This document shows positions 45,759-56,505 of a stretch of DNA of 64,000 nucleotides, in pieces (the stretch's first letter is position 1; each line of letters begins with the position of its first letter). Source of the DNA: a virus. Below the pieces are notes generated by a model. It did no database searches, had not been told where the DNA came from, and saw only the letters and a program-made list of their open reading frames with translations. The DNA lies in the IMG/VR virus record IMGVR_UViG_3300049427_000004, positions 64,001 to 128,000 of that record. One strand, 5' to 3'. The position numbers and the translations under genes were made by a program.

Positions 45759-47999
45759 CTACTCATTCTTCAACATGCTCTCCAAAAATGTCTGTCTTCT
45801 CAAATTATCCACCTTACGCATAGCATAATTCAATGTCTCAGCTTGAGTTAAAATGATACAATAGTCAACAGCTCTCGTGATCGCAGTATAGATTAAGTTG
45901 CAGCTTAACTGGAATTTATGAGATCTGTCTGCAATAATCAAAACAGCCTTACTACTACTCCCTTGACTCTTGTGACAGGTTATACTCCAAGCATGGATCA
46001 ACTGGTTCATCTCATCTAATGACAATTTAACTGTATCATCATCAAATTCAATGATAGTTCCTCTAGGGTCAACCATTATCTCATCTTCATTTCCTTCTTC
46101 ATCTTGAACATACTTTATGTATTTTTCACCTTCTAGGACAATGTTCTGTATTGTTCCACTATCTCCATTTACAATCGTGACTGCTTCGCCTTCATCATTT
46201 TCAATTCCATATGTATTTTTTACATTCATAACATAATCATCTTGTCTAAAGGTCATATAGTCACCGTACTGATATTCAACCTTGGCTTCTGTTTTAGGAT
46301 TAACAAGTTCTTGAACGTACTTGTTAATTTCCACCGTACCGATTTCCCCTTTTTTCGTGGGAGTTAATACCATGATATCCATAGGGTCAAATTTATTGAG
46401 ATATTTTTTGTAATAATGTTTGTATCCATCTTGCATATGATTTTGATCAACACAATGAATGATTAGATTTTCGCCAAACTTCTTCACACCTGAGAAATTG
46501 TCGTCAATGAATTTCTGCTTCATTCGCACACGGCTTGCTATATCAAGAATGCCACCTTCACTTTGGCGAAACACAATATCCAACATAGTCGCTGGAATCA
46601 CTTTGCTTTCAATTGCATCGTGCAATATATTTCCGCCCATGACCGCAGCAAGCTGAGCAGAGTCACCGCAAAATAATATCCTTGCTTTTGGATTAGTTAT
46701 TTTAGATAATAGCATCTGCATTATGAAGATATCAGTCATCGACATCTCGTCTACCACAATTACATCAGCGTCAACTTATATCAATTGTCTTTGCTCTTTG
46801 TCTTTTCCATATCCAATAGCTCTATGTATAGTTTGTGCTTGCCTTCCTGTATAACTTGACAATAGTTTGGCAGCTTTACCTGTAGGAGATAGTAAAACAT
46901 AACTCATTCCTAACTCCTCTAATAATTCAACAAGCAATCTTTGCATCTGAGTTTTCCCTGTACCAGCATATCCTACTAATAGTGAGGCAGAATGCTTTTT
47001 AACATTATGAAAAAATTCCTTCTGTTGCTCAGACAAACCATGTTTTAAGGTATCTTTATATTTGACTTCCATGCGATGTATAAATTCATTTGGGTCAAAA
47101 TTTAATTCCATAGAATTATGAAGCATTTGTTTTAGTTTTGTTGCTATGTGTTTTTCAGCTTGATAAGTTTTCAATAAGGCAATCTTATCACCAATAACAA
47201 TAATTCCTTCTGTATTTTTAATTTGTTCGTTTATTAAATTTTCATTGATATCTAAGTTGTCGATAGCTGCTTTAACCATTTTGTCAATTATCATATATGT
47301 ATGACCTTCTTGCTGATTGTTCTCTAGTGTATATTTGATTCCAGATTGAATTCTGAATGGATGATCGAAAACAAACCCCATCTTACGTGCAATGATATCT
47401 GCTTTCTTGAATCCTATTCCACTCACTAGCTCACAAAGGCAGTAAGGATTGTCTTCAATCTTTTGAATAGCTAATTGCACACTTTCAAACTTCTCTGCAA
47501 TTTTCATAACTACATTGTATGTAATTCCATATCGACCAAGTTTAGATAGTAAGTCTCTATGTTCGATATTTTCTAAAACTTTTTTACGTATCTGTTTATA
47601 TGTCTTTTCACCTATACCCTTAACCAATTTAGAATTGAACTTGTCATCCACAATCATTTGGATAATATCCTCGTTTAGATACACTTTAAATAATTCTTCA
47701 ACCTGTTTATCTGTTAAAAGATACCTAAAGAATGATTTTTGATCCTCACCTGAAGATGGCATATCTTGATATATGGAATGACACTCATAACTTGCACCGT
47801 ATTGTGGATGAACCTCGGTTAACTCTACATTGGCAACATACTCCACTCCTAAATCTAAACGCTGCATGACTCCCTTTATTGATGCATTACTGTATTTATT
47901 AAGTTGTATCGCATGGTCTTTGGTGGTACATGAATAAATGCGAAAATCACCTTTATTGAATATCATTTTAATTGGTGTTAATTTAGTTTCAATTATCAT
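45759..47999 (-). pseudogene. recD2: RecD2-like SF1B helicase interrupted by one in-frame TAA
   Basis: GYAGTGKT, then QLI*VDADVIVVDEMSM in the same frame (TAA at 46776-46778); CHKSQGS and YTAITRA motifs. Confidence 0.85.
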
Positions 48000-48059
48000 T
48001 TTTCATCTCCTTATTATGTTTATTAATTTTCACATAAACAAAATGTATATTTCCCTTTT

Positions 48060-48857
48060 TTATTTTTGATTTAACTTTCCTAAGTATTCATATTTGAATA
48101 TTATAGCATCTTTAACATCTTTAAATAATGCAATATCTTTTTGTTTTCCATTAATTCTAAAGCGAACAATCCATCGCTGTTCACTTTTACTCCAAATGAC
48201 ATTCTTTTCTCCAGATTGCTTTTCTGCTATTCGTTTTAATTTCGGAGCAATTATATCTTTACCTGTCACACCTTTTTTAAATCTATTAGTTATAATATGT
48301 ATTTCCACACCTGATTCATCTGACCACTGTGTTGCTGTTTTTGTAATGCCCTCAATCTCTATGTATAAATTGTTTCGTCTATTATTTTGTTGAATTTTCA
48401 TCGTTTCCCATCTGCAATTGCTTGGCTCGTAGTTACCGTTCACATCTTTTCGATCAATCGTCAGTTCATCTGTATAACCATTTTTCATCGACCACTCATA
48501 AAAATTTTGAAATCCATTTCTACCTAACCAATCGTCGCAAATCTTAATTCCTCTGCCCCCATAATTATGATAGTTTTCACAGTATTCTTTATAACACCTT
48601 TCTTTCATACCCTTCCATATCTTATACAGCCTTGTATTTTTCCTCCCATGCGTAGATACTATGTCTGCGTGTAAGCAGCCGCAACTTCTAGTGTTTCCGT
48701 TAATTAAACCACTACATCTAACGATTTTCTCATTTCCACAGTCGCAAATGCACATCCACATAATATGTGATTTTTCACTTTCGACGCGCTTAATGGCTGT
48801 TAGTCGACCGAATTTTTGTTTCGTTATATCTTTAGTTTTATTCAATATCATTACCAC
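48060..48857 (-). CDS. HNH homing endonuclease with AP2-like C-terminus
   Basis: FGRLT, CDCGN, YGGRGIKIC, LTIDRKDVNGNYEPSNCRW. Confidence 0.9.
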   Translation of the reverse strand: MVMILNKTKDITKQKFGRLTAIKRVESEKSHIMWMCICDCGNEKIVRCSGLINGNTRSCGCLHADIVSTHGRKNTRLYKIWKGMKERCYKEYCENYHNYGGRGIKICDDWLGRNGFQNFYEWSMKNGYTDELTIDRKDVNGNYEPSNCRWETMKIQQNNRRNNLYIEIEGITKTATQWSDESGVEIHIITNRFKKGVTGKDIIAPKLKRIAEKQSGEKNVIWSKSEQRWIVRFRINGKQKDIALFKDVKDAIIFKYEYLGKLNQK

Positions 48858-49029
48858 CTTTTATTTTTAAAAAATATGTCCATTTCCTGTAAATATGTTC
48901 AGGTATTCTTTGTTTTCCATTTTCCAACATAGATACATATGCCTTTGTAACATTTAAACTTTCAGATATTTCTTTCGCCATAATATCATTTTTGATTCTT
49001 TTAATTTTTAATTCTTTACCAGTTAGCAA
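48838..49029 (-). CDS. XRE HTH protein
   Basis: LKIKRIKNDIMAKEISESLNVTKAYVSMLENG. Confidence 0.8.
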   Translation of the reverse strand: MLTGKELKIKRIKNDIMAKEISESLNVTKAYVSMLENGKQRIPEHIYRKWTYFLKIKGGNDIE

Positions 49030-49155
49030 ATTTCACACCCCCATTAAATAGTTAATAAAAACAAAGCACTGCCGACATAAGTTAATCGACAATGCTAATA
49101 TATCAAACTACATATTAATAAGTCAATACTTTTATGAATTTACATATTTTTGTTT

Positions 49156-50217
49156 TTAAGCGTCAATCATGTCTTGTATGGTTAATCCTAGTTTCCGATA
49201 AGCATTAGGATCATGTTCTTTTAATAATTTAAGCAATTCATCTTTATCGACTAGACTGAATACTGCCTCATCAAAGCTTTTCATCATTCTTATTCCTGCT
49301 AGACGACCCTGATCCACATTCTTATCAGTGTAATGATCTACGAGAACCTGAATAGACCTATGTCCCGTTTGGCGAGCAGCCATATAAACATCTCCGCTAC
49401 TTTCTAATTCATAACATGCTCCAACTTTTCTCAAACTATGGGTTGTAATTCTATCCTCTTTAGGAATACCCATCTTCTCAGCGAGACGTTTAACACAATC
49501 ATTTACACTATCAACAGTAAGATTAACAAACACTTTATCAGTGTTTACTGTATTCTCAGTCTTAAGTTGAATCAATTTCTCGTAAAGGTCTTTTTCAAAT
49601 GGAGAAACTGAATACTCATCTCCTTTGTCTAATACTTTTACATTGTAGAAGTCAGTCTTCTTATTGAATTTAATATCTGCCCATGTTGCGGATAACAAAG
49701 CATCAACACGAACACTTGTGATAGCTGCTAAAAGTATGTACAAGTGTTTTTCGAATCCATGGAATTTTTCTTCCAATGCAAGTTCTGCCATAACCTTTAC
49801 TTGCTCTACGCTTAACACACCATAGCTTTTAAAATTAACCTTAAGCGGTTTAACTGCAAAGGCAATATGCTCAACATCATATCCGTAACCTTGAAGCTTC
49901 TTATATACAGTTTTTAGTCCTGCCATTTTCTTATTCACTGTTGCTGGTGCTTCAGGATGCTTCTTTTTAAGGTGATTTCTGTATTTTGTAGTGTGCTTGA
50001 GTGTGATTTTCTCTTTAATTGTACCGTCAGTGATAAATTCCACTTCGTCTTTTGTCATTTCGTTAATTTCTTTGCCATGATAAAACTTAAAAAACTCAGT
50101 CACACACCTGTAGTATTCTTTTTTAGTTTCATCTTTGTAGTCATTCAATACAGTCATAATATCCGTGTACACATTGTTTACTCCAATATTTTGTACTTCT
50201 GCTAACATTTCAACCAT
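49156..50217 (-). CDS. Tyrosine recombinase (YopP-like)
   Basis: SVRVDAL (R), DKG (K), HSLRK (HxxR), GH and HY catalytic residues all present. Confidence 0.88.
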   Translation of the reverse strand: MVEMLAEVQNIGVNNVYTDIMTVLNDYKDETKKEYYRCVTEFFKFYHGKEINEMTKDEVEFITDGTIKEKITLKHTTKYRNHLKKKHPEAPATVNKKMAGLKTVYKKLQGYGYDVEHIAFAVKPLKVNFKSYGVLSVEQVKVMAELALEEKFHGFEKHLYILLAAITSVRVDALLSATWADIKFNKKTDFYNVKVLDKGDEYSVSPFEKDLYEKLIQLKTENTVNTDKVFVNLTVDSVNDCVKRLAEKMGIPKEDRITTHSLRKVGACYELESSGDVYMAARQTGHRSIQVLVDHYTDKNVDQGRLAGIRMMKSFDEAVFSLVDKDELLKLLKEHDPNAYRKLGLTIQDMIDA

Positions 50218-50262
50218 CTCCCATTCCCAACGTTATATTTTCCAATTTCTTCTTGTGTCTTT

Positions 50263-50306
50263 ATTATATATTCGTCGGGAATAGATGTCAACACATTACC
50301 ATCTAT
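50263..50306 (-). promoter_or_regulatory. Consensus SigA promoter of the recombinase with an inverted-repeat operator
   Basis: TTGACA-N17-TATAAT; ATAGATG-N12-CATCTAT over the -35. Confidence 0.65.
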
Positions 50307-50458
50307 ATTTAAATATTTTATTTATATACCCACTCATACAAATTCCCTTCTCCATTTTCAGCTCTCCACTAATTCAACCTTACCCTGTTCCATCTAAATT
50401 TATATATCCACTTACACAAAATCAGACTCGAAATTGAAATTAGCCTCTTACTCAATCC

Positions 50459-50665
50459 TCACCAGAAATCCCTAATCCGAACATCATACCCTTTACCGCG
50501 AAGATAACTTATTACCCTCACGATGGTTTCTTCGTATGGCTCGTAATCATTGTCGCTACATAACCTTGTCGCTGTGTTTTTATTGATGGGCAGCTCACCC
50601 TGTTTGACACCATTCGAATTGCACCACTTACCAAATTTGGTTTGTTGTTTTCCTAATCCATACAT
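50459..50665 (-). CDS. Small HTH regulator
   Basis: MYGLGKQQTKFGKW...INKNTATRLC...DFW pattern. Confidence 0.65.
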   Translation of the reverse strand: MYGLGKQQTKFGKWCNSNGVKQGELPINKNTATRLCSDNDYEPYEETIVRVISYLRGKGYDVRIRDFW

Positions 50666-50689
50666 CTAATATCCACCCCTTCATACAAC

Positions 50690-50719
50690 TAGGATGGACA
50701 TTCTTTGAAAAATTTATAC
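50690..50719 (-). promoter_or_regulatory. SigG-type promoter
   Basis: GTATA-N18-CATCCTA. Confidence 0.6.
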
Positions 50720-50852
50720 GCTAATATAAAAAACCACAGGAATAATGACCAAGCATGTCGATATATGCTATATCATCAAGCGCAAACAACACGACACAAC
50801 ATCAAACAAGAGCATCCACTCAAAGAAAATATCTCAAAGGAGGATTGAATAT

Positions 50853-51137
50853 ATGCAAGACTATTTTCAACACGTTGCTAATTCATTGACTCATGACGAC
50901 ATGAAGGTTTTGGCTATTCTCATGGACAACGAAGCAAATGCTGGATTCAAAGCAATGAAGAACGCCGATGTCTTACCTGCCACGCAGTTATCGGAAGCAA
51001 CTTATCGTCGAATTATCTACCGTCTTAGTGCCAACAAATTTGTCGAAATTGTCACTCAACAAAAAATGCACATGCTTTACATTACTGAATTTGGAATGAA
51101 TGCAATTCGAACCACAGTGAATGGAGTTGGTGCTTAG
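50853..51137 (+). CDS. Winged-helix protein, TubR-like
   Basis: AAGGAGG RBS; wHTH pattern; stop codon overlaps the tubZ start. Confidence 0.6.
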   Translation: MQDYFQHVANSLTHDDMKVLAILMDNEANAGFKAMKNADVLPATQLSEATYRRIIYRLSANKFVEIVTQQKMHMLYITEFGMNAIRTTVNGVGA

Positions 51138-52234
51138 TGCTTGCTGTAATTGGCTTAGGTCAGGCAGGATCAAACATTTCCGAAGAGGTTGGTAAATACG
51201 GAATATTGAATGGAGCAATAAATTACAGTCAGAAGGATCTCGATGCAGTTGAGGTTAAGCACAAACTCAGACTACTCGGCTCTGAGGGCGTAGGAAAACA
51301 GAGGTTTGATGCAATTAGTCTATTTCAACACCAATGGGAAACTGCAATTAACTTCATTCGTGACAACTTCAGTAATTCAAAGGTCATTGCATTCGCATTC
51401 TCTTCATCAGGAGGATCTGGTTCAGGAATTAGCCCAATACTGCTCGACATGGCTATCCAGATGTTCCCTGATAAAGTGTTCATTTCTCTAGTGGTTATCC
51501 CTGAGATAAAAGAAGCAGAGTCTAGCCAAGTAAATTGTGTTTCGACATTTGAGGAGTTATCTGCTTTAGATGTCGCGGTCTTTCCTGTCGACAACCAACA
51601 AATCCGTAATCAAAATCCTACTGTTGGAAAAAATCGACTTTATGAAATCTCAAATCAAGAAGCTGCTTCCCTCATTTGTAAATTGGCTGAATATACAAGT
51701 AAACATTCTAAAAACGGGAATTTCGATGAAAAGGATCTCTTAACTGTACTAAGAACACGAGGATTAGCAACAATTTCTGAAACACAACTATCATCATCTC
51801 TCCAAAGTATCAATCTCACATCTGAGGGTGTAGCAGATAAAGTCATCCAATCATGGGATAATTCAGTTTTTGCCCCACTTTCATCAGACAGTGTTCAAAA
51901 AGCAGCTGTCATATTTGACGGATCAGAATCTCTTATGGATTTCATTCGAGTAGAGACCTTATTTGAATCCTTTCAAAATCAACCAGTAGATATTTTCGAG
52001 GGATATTATCACGAAGGTAAAGGAAAGATACTGACGGTCTTAACAGGGCTTAAATGGTCATTTAAGAGGTTAGATGATATTGAAAAATCACTTATTAACA
52101 AGCAAAATCATGATGAAAGTGGGATTTCATCTGATATCGGTTACAAGGTTGATTCAAGCATTATTAGAGCATCTGCTAAGAAACAAGAAAAGAAAGTATC
52201 AGTAATGGATATTCTAAGCAAATACAATCGCTAA
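51137..52234 (+). CDS. tubZ: Tubulin/FtsZ-family GTPase (TubZ-like)
   Basis: GLGQAGSNI, EGVGK, SSGGSGSG signature, VDN. Confidence 0.85.
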   Translation: MLAVIGLGQAGSNISEEVGKYGILNGAINYSQKDLDAVEVKHKLRLLGSEGVGKQRFDAISLFQHQWETAINFIRDNFSNSKVIAFAFSSSGGSGSGISPILLDMAIQMFPDKVFISLVVIPEIKEAESSQVNCVSTFEELSALDVAVFPVDNQQIRNQNPTVGKNRLYEISNQEAASLICKLAEYTSKHSKNGNFDEKDLLTVLRTRGLATISETQLSSSLQSINLTSEGVADKVIQSWDNSVFAPLSSDSVQKAAVIFDGSESLMDFIRVETLFESFQNQPVDIFEGYYHEGKGKILTVLTGLKWSFKRLDDIEKSLINKQNHDESGISSDIGYKVDSSIIRASAKKQEKKVSVMDILSKYNR

Positions 52235-52260
52235 AACAAAATTAGAGGAGCGTGTTTATT

Positions 52261-52419
52261 ATGACAATGAAACAAACTATGAAAACTTTGATGGATCTTA
52301 AAAATAACGGAGTAGATATTTTCTTAACAGATGCTGGTTGGTCTTTATTAGTGAGGATTACTGCTGAACTGGAGAAGAACGAGGAAATTTCGGGAGAAGA
52401 TACAGATCAAGCGGTATAG
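52261..52419 (+). CDS. Hypothetical protein (52 aa)
   Basis: Hand-translated; GAGGAG RBS. Confidence 0.5.
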   Translation: MTMKQTMKTLMDLKNNGVDIFLTDAGWSLLVRITAELEKNEEISGEDTDQAV

Positions 52420-52431
52420 GACGGTGATAAC

Positions 52432-52602
52432 ATGAAAAAAAGAAATATATTGATCGCTGCAATCATGGTTGGTGTATATATTACTCTCCCTGCTTATCGC
52501 TATTATGCCATTGGAAGCTATATTGGTTATAAAATCTTAGCTGATAAACAAAATGGCTATAAAGTTGTTGCAAGAAAGCAAAAGAAACTCATTAAGGCTT
52601 AA
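52432..52602 (+). CDS. Small membrane protein (56 aa)
   Basis: Hand-translated MKKRNILIAAIMVGVYITLP... Confidence 0.5.
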   Translation: MKKRNILIAAIMVGVYITLPAYRYYAIGSYIGYKILADKQNGYKVVARKQKKLIKA

Positions 52603-52777
52603 TGATAAGTCATTTGAGGGTAGAAAACGACAAAAGGACATCCTTTCTACCCTCTAGAACTCAAGAGTAGACTGTGGGCTATGTTATTGGGTCATCTCTT
52701 CCCCCAATATATTCGCATCCGTCAAAAAAAATGCATGTCATGCTTGTAACATTAGAAATTATATAGGAGTGATAACA

Positions 52778-53176
52778 ATGGCTAGGATTGAGTCAATGAC
52801 AATCAGCCAATTTATGAACCCTAATTACAATACTGAAAAAATATTAGATCCTCTCATCCGATTTTTAGATAAACACAAAGTAGTCTTTAGAGTTGTGGGC
52901 GTTACATTGATAATCTTTTCATCTGGTCTATTGGATACATCAGTATTTGCAGCAACAGGTATTGATGAAGGAGCAACAAAAATATATGAGAAGCTTATTA
53001 ATGTTGGAAAATGGGTCATTATCATTAAAGGTGGATGGGAGACCATCAATAACACCATCAAAGGAGATTTTGATACTGCTAAAAAATCATTTCTCCAGTA
53101 TTTAATTATATATGTAATACTTCTTGCTTTTCCTTGGGCTATGTCAGAGGTTGATGTTCTATTTCGTGATATATAG
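52778..53176 (+). CDS. VirB2/TrbC pilin-like membrane protein
   Basis: Leader ending VFAA, then two hydrophobic helices. Confidence 0.55.
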   Translation: MARIESMTISQFMNPNYNTEKILDPLIRFLDKHKVVFRVVGVTLIIFSSGLLDTSVFAATGIDEGATKIYEKLINVGKWVIIIKGGWETINNTIKGDFDTAKKSFLQYLIIYVILLAFPWAMSEVDVLFRDI

Positions 53177-53187
53177 GGGGTATCCAA

Positions 53188-53484
53188 ATGATTATTAAAA
53201 TAAATCACATTCCCCTATCTGATATTGCAGATTCATTGTTCTTTCCTGAAGAAGCAAAAGAAACCGTTAAAGAATGGGCGAAAGAACAAGTGCAGGAAGC
53301 CATTATGGGAGCATTAGAAGCCATAAAAGAAGTTCTAGTCGATTTGAGTTTTAGCTTAGCATTAGTAGGAGGTGTATTATGTGTCCTGTTCTGGGTTGTA
53401 GGCTGGAAGGACGGTAAGAGGTGGGCAGCAATACTATTCCTTGCTAATGTGTTAATAAAATTACTTCTTGGTGGTGCTGCATAA
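53188..53484 (+). CDS. Small two-TM membrane protein
   Basis: Two C-terminal hydrophobic helices; coupled to the ATPase gene. Confidence 0.6.
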   Translation: MIIKINHIPLSDIADSLFFPEEAKETVKEWAKEQVQEAIMGALEAIKEVLVDLSFSLALVGGVLCVLFWVVGWKDGKRWAAILFLANVLIKLLLGGAA

Positions 53485-55883
53485 TGAAAAAATCAATAAA
53501 ATTGAGCGATTATATTCAAATTATTAGGCCAGAATACGTCTTTCTTAAGCTTAAACCTAATAATTCCATCAGAAATAATGGAACCCATAAGGTCGCAAGA
53601 GCCATTAGTGGATTGTATAGGAATGTTTTTGAAAGCATTAAGCGTGAAGAAGAGAAACTGGTAAAGTTGTTTGGCAAAGAATTTATATTACCTACCAAGA
53701 TCAGTATCCACCCAAATATAAAAGTAGGATACTTAATATACATGGAAAAGAAAAAAGTGGATTTTTATCTAATTGTGCCAAAAACTCAATTATCATTTAT
53801 CAAAGAAAAAATTAGTGATGTCTGGACTAATATTACTATTGATCAGATTGCAGTACTCCCCTGTTTTACTGACAATTCAACTAAGCACCAAATTATATAT
53901 AAAAAAGAAGACGGATTGAGTTTAGCAGTAGATAGAAGAAATAACGAATTATTGAACAGTAATCTGAATGTTGTTGAGATGCTGGAGGAAGGTGATCGAG
54001 TTGGCGTTTTTTACAACTTCCTCCCTTCAACTCAACATGGTTGGAAGTTTAAACACAAAGCAACAATTGATAAATATAAAAGTGGTAAACCTGTGGATCG
54101 CAATAAAGCTGGTTGGTCTTATATTCTTAGGTGGGGTGCAGCTACTATCGATGGAGTCTTAGCGTCTTTCGCGGAAGCAATATCAGGCAGTGATGGTAAA
54201 TCCAAAAGTAAAGATGAAGATGACGTAGGATTGTTAACAAAATTATTTGAGGGAATGAACGGACAAAAGAAACTAAGCGATTGGTCATTAAAAAAGGGGA
54301 ACTCTTCTACCCTTCCGCTACAAATTGTGACCATGACAGATAGCACAGACAAAATTCGCGAGAGAAATATTTCAAGAAGTCTAGCTCAAAGCTTTGATAC
54401 AATCAGTGAGGATAATGAATTAATTTATAAACCCTTTAAAAAAACATTTAACTATACAGATTATTCTATTGGCGCAGAACGTAACTGCATAGGTGATGAG
54501 GAAGCTCAAAATTTCCTGTCTTTGGCAGGAAGAGATGTGCTAGAGAGATATAATTTTATTGAAAAAGTAGAAACAAATGAAACAGAAGTTCCAGAAGATC
54601 TACAACAAGGAGTGATGTGTATTGGTGAAAATATATATCGAGGCAAAAAACAACGAGCCTTTTTAAGCAATGATATTGAATTTAGAAATCTCCTACTATT
54701 ACTCATTGGCCCCACTCGCGCAGGTAAAAGTAATTTAATTAGCCATTTAAGTATAGATGCAATTGAAAATGGCGAGTGCGTGATTATTTTCGACTTTATT
54801 GAAAACTGTGAATTAAGTGATAGTGTCGCAAAGCTTTTTCCAAAAGAAAAAGTATTGGAAATAAGGTGTGATGATTTTAACGCTATGCAAGGACTCGGAT
54901 ACAATGAAGTCGGTAAAAGCAATGACACTTTCAAGCAATATGAAAACGCTAAGCGTCAAACTACAAATGTGCTCACATTAGTCAATTCAATTAATGCGGA
55001 TGAAAGTCGATTAAGTCCTAAGATGGAACGATATTTAGAAAGTGCTAGTCTAATCGTTTTTATTAGCAATGGAAGCATAAAGGATGTATTTGGTGTTCTT
55101 ACTAATTTTAAAATCAGATATCAGTATCTTAAAAAAGTTCCCATGACTCAGTTTGAAAATTTAGAAGAATACATTGATAACTTGCATGAGCTTGATGAAA
55201 CTGATAAAGAGGGATTGGTTACTGGAACAAAAACAAATCTTATCGTAGGAATTATTGACCGACTAAACACACTTAAGCGAAATACCTATATGGAACTCAT
55301 GCTTAAAAAAGATACATCGAAGAACATTGACCTTAGCGAAGAAATGCAAAAAAATCAATTAATTGTTGTTCGGATGCCTCAATCGATGTTCACTGTTGAT
55401 AGCGAACGAGATGTCTACACTCTCTTCTGGTTAAGTAAACTCTGGCTTGCAGCTCAGGTTCGAGCGGAAAGAATCAAGGATAAGACTAAGAGAACAAAAA
55501 TTAATCTTGTTATTGATGAATTGTATCAAGTGTCGAATACCGAGAAATTTCTAACAACCAAACTATCTCAAATGGCTAAATTCATTGTGAAGCCAATAGT
55601 TAGTTGTCACTATATAAACCAGTTAAAACATATGAGAGATGAATTAAGAAGTGCTAATACTTCATACATGCTCTTAGCTGGATCAGATAAGAAAAATTAT
55701 GACGAATTAAAAAACGAACTATTTCCATTTACTGATGAAGATCTTAAAGATATGAAACGATATTACTCGATGAACTATGTAAAAAACAAAGACGGATACT
55801 CTCGGTTCATTACTGCTTTACCAGATAAAGTAGAAAAAAGAATCAAAAAAGGAACGGTGAAAACAGATGATATTAAAAATTAA
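53484..55883 (+). CDS. VirB4/HerA/FtsK-superfamily ATPase
   Basis: GPTRAGKS Walker A, LVIDE Walker B; 799 aa. Confidence 0.75.
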   Translation: MKKSIKLSDYIQIIRPEYVFLKLKPNNSIRNNGTHKVARAISGLYRNVFESIKREEEKLVKLFGKEFILPTKISIHPNIKVGYLIYMEKKKVDFYLIVPKTQLSFIKEKISDVWTNITIDQIAVLPCFTDNSTKHQIIYKKEDGLSLAVDRRNNELLNSNLNVVEMLEEGDRVGVFYNFLPSTQHGWKFKHKATIDKYKSGKPVDRNKAGWSYILRWGAATIDGVLASFAEAISGSDGKSKSKDEDDVGLLTKLFEGMNGQKKLSDWSLKKGNSSTLPLQIVTMTDSTDKIRERNISRSLAQSFDTISEDNELIYKPFKKTFNYTDYSIGAERNCIGDEEAQNFLSLAGRDVLERYNFIEKVETNETEVPEDLQQGVMCIGENIYRGKKQRAFLSNDIEFRNLLLLLIGPTRAGKSNLISHLSIDAIENGECVIIFDFIENCELSDSVAKLFPKEKVLEIRCDDFNAMQGLGYNEVGKSNDTFKQYENAKRQTTNVLTLVNSINADESRLSPKMERYLESASLIVFISNGSIKDVFGVLTNFKIRYQYLKKVPMTQFENLEEYIDNLHELDETDKEGLVTGTKTNLIVGIIDRLNTLKRNTYMELMLKKDTSKNIDLSEEMQKNQLIVVRMPQSMFTVDSERDVYTLFWLSKLWLAAQVRAERIKDKTKRTKINLVIDELYQVSNTEKFLTTKLSQMAKFIVKPIVSCHYINQLKHMRDELRSANTSYMLLAGSDKKNYDELKNELFPFTDEDLKDMKRYYSMNYVKNKDGYSRFITALPDKVEKRIKKGTVKTDDIKN

Positions 55884-56106
55884 CGGCTCACCAATTAGTG
55901 AATCTATCAGTGTATGTGAGGACGGTTTGAATTTCAACTTGGATCTTTGTGATTTGTATGATATTGTTCACACACCTGTTAATGTGGACATCTCTTATAA
56001 TGGTCATAATATTATCAATGGAGACATCAATACATTTAATTGGGCGCAGTCTGGAGTTGAAAAAATTGGTGACGGAATAGGATTAATAATCGATCATTTA
56101 TTCTGA
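55867..56106 (+). CDS. Hypothetical protein
   Basis: Overlaps the end of the ATPase; terminator follows. Confidence 0.5.
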   Translation: MILKINGSPISESISVCEDGLNFNLDLCDLYDIVHTPVNVDISYNGHNIINGDINTFNWAQSGVEKIGDGIGLIIDHLF

Positions 56107-56280
56107 GGAGTCCCAAAAGGACTTCTCTTCCCTTTTTAAAAGCGAAAAATTAAAATCATTGACAAATCTTTGGAAATGATGTTACATTGATCTTGCAAAC
56201 AAGAGATAAATATTCTTGATTTGCCGAATCTTATTAGAGAGGGTTGATTAAATAAAAAATATGAAAAAGGTGATTTTAAG

Positions 56281-56493
56281 ATGGGGAATCTATCAAGGTT
56301 GACGTGGCAGGACGCTTACTATGACGGTAATATTGACGAACGTTATGAAGTATTTTGCGAAGAGAATCAGAATACATATGCAAGAAAAGGGAATGACGGA
56401 TGGGACACACATACCAGCAGCGACAAGAGGTATGAAGATGATTTTTCATATGAACGAAAGTTGATGAGTGGAGAAATAAAACGGATTAGGTAG
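56281..56493 (+). CDS. Hypothetical protein
   Basis: AAGGTG RBS; TTGACA-N17-TACATT promoter upstream. Confidence 0.55.
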   Translation: MGNLSRLTWQDAYYDGNIDERYEVFCEENQNTYARKGNDGWDTHTSSDKRYEDDFSYERKLMSGEIKRIR

Positions 56494-56505
56494 GTGAAAC
56501 TATAG

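Noticed and set aside
46776-46778. Genome-wide TAA recoding
   Set aside because: Many genes end cleanly at TAA and no suppressor tRNA was seen; only one case.
45759-48857. Group I intron or intein splitting RecD2, given the neighbouring HNH gene
   Set aside because: The two halves are separated only by one TAA and stay in frame; the HNH gene lies wholly upstream of the helicase start.
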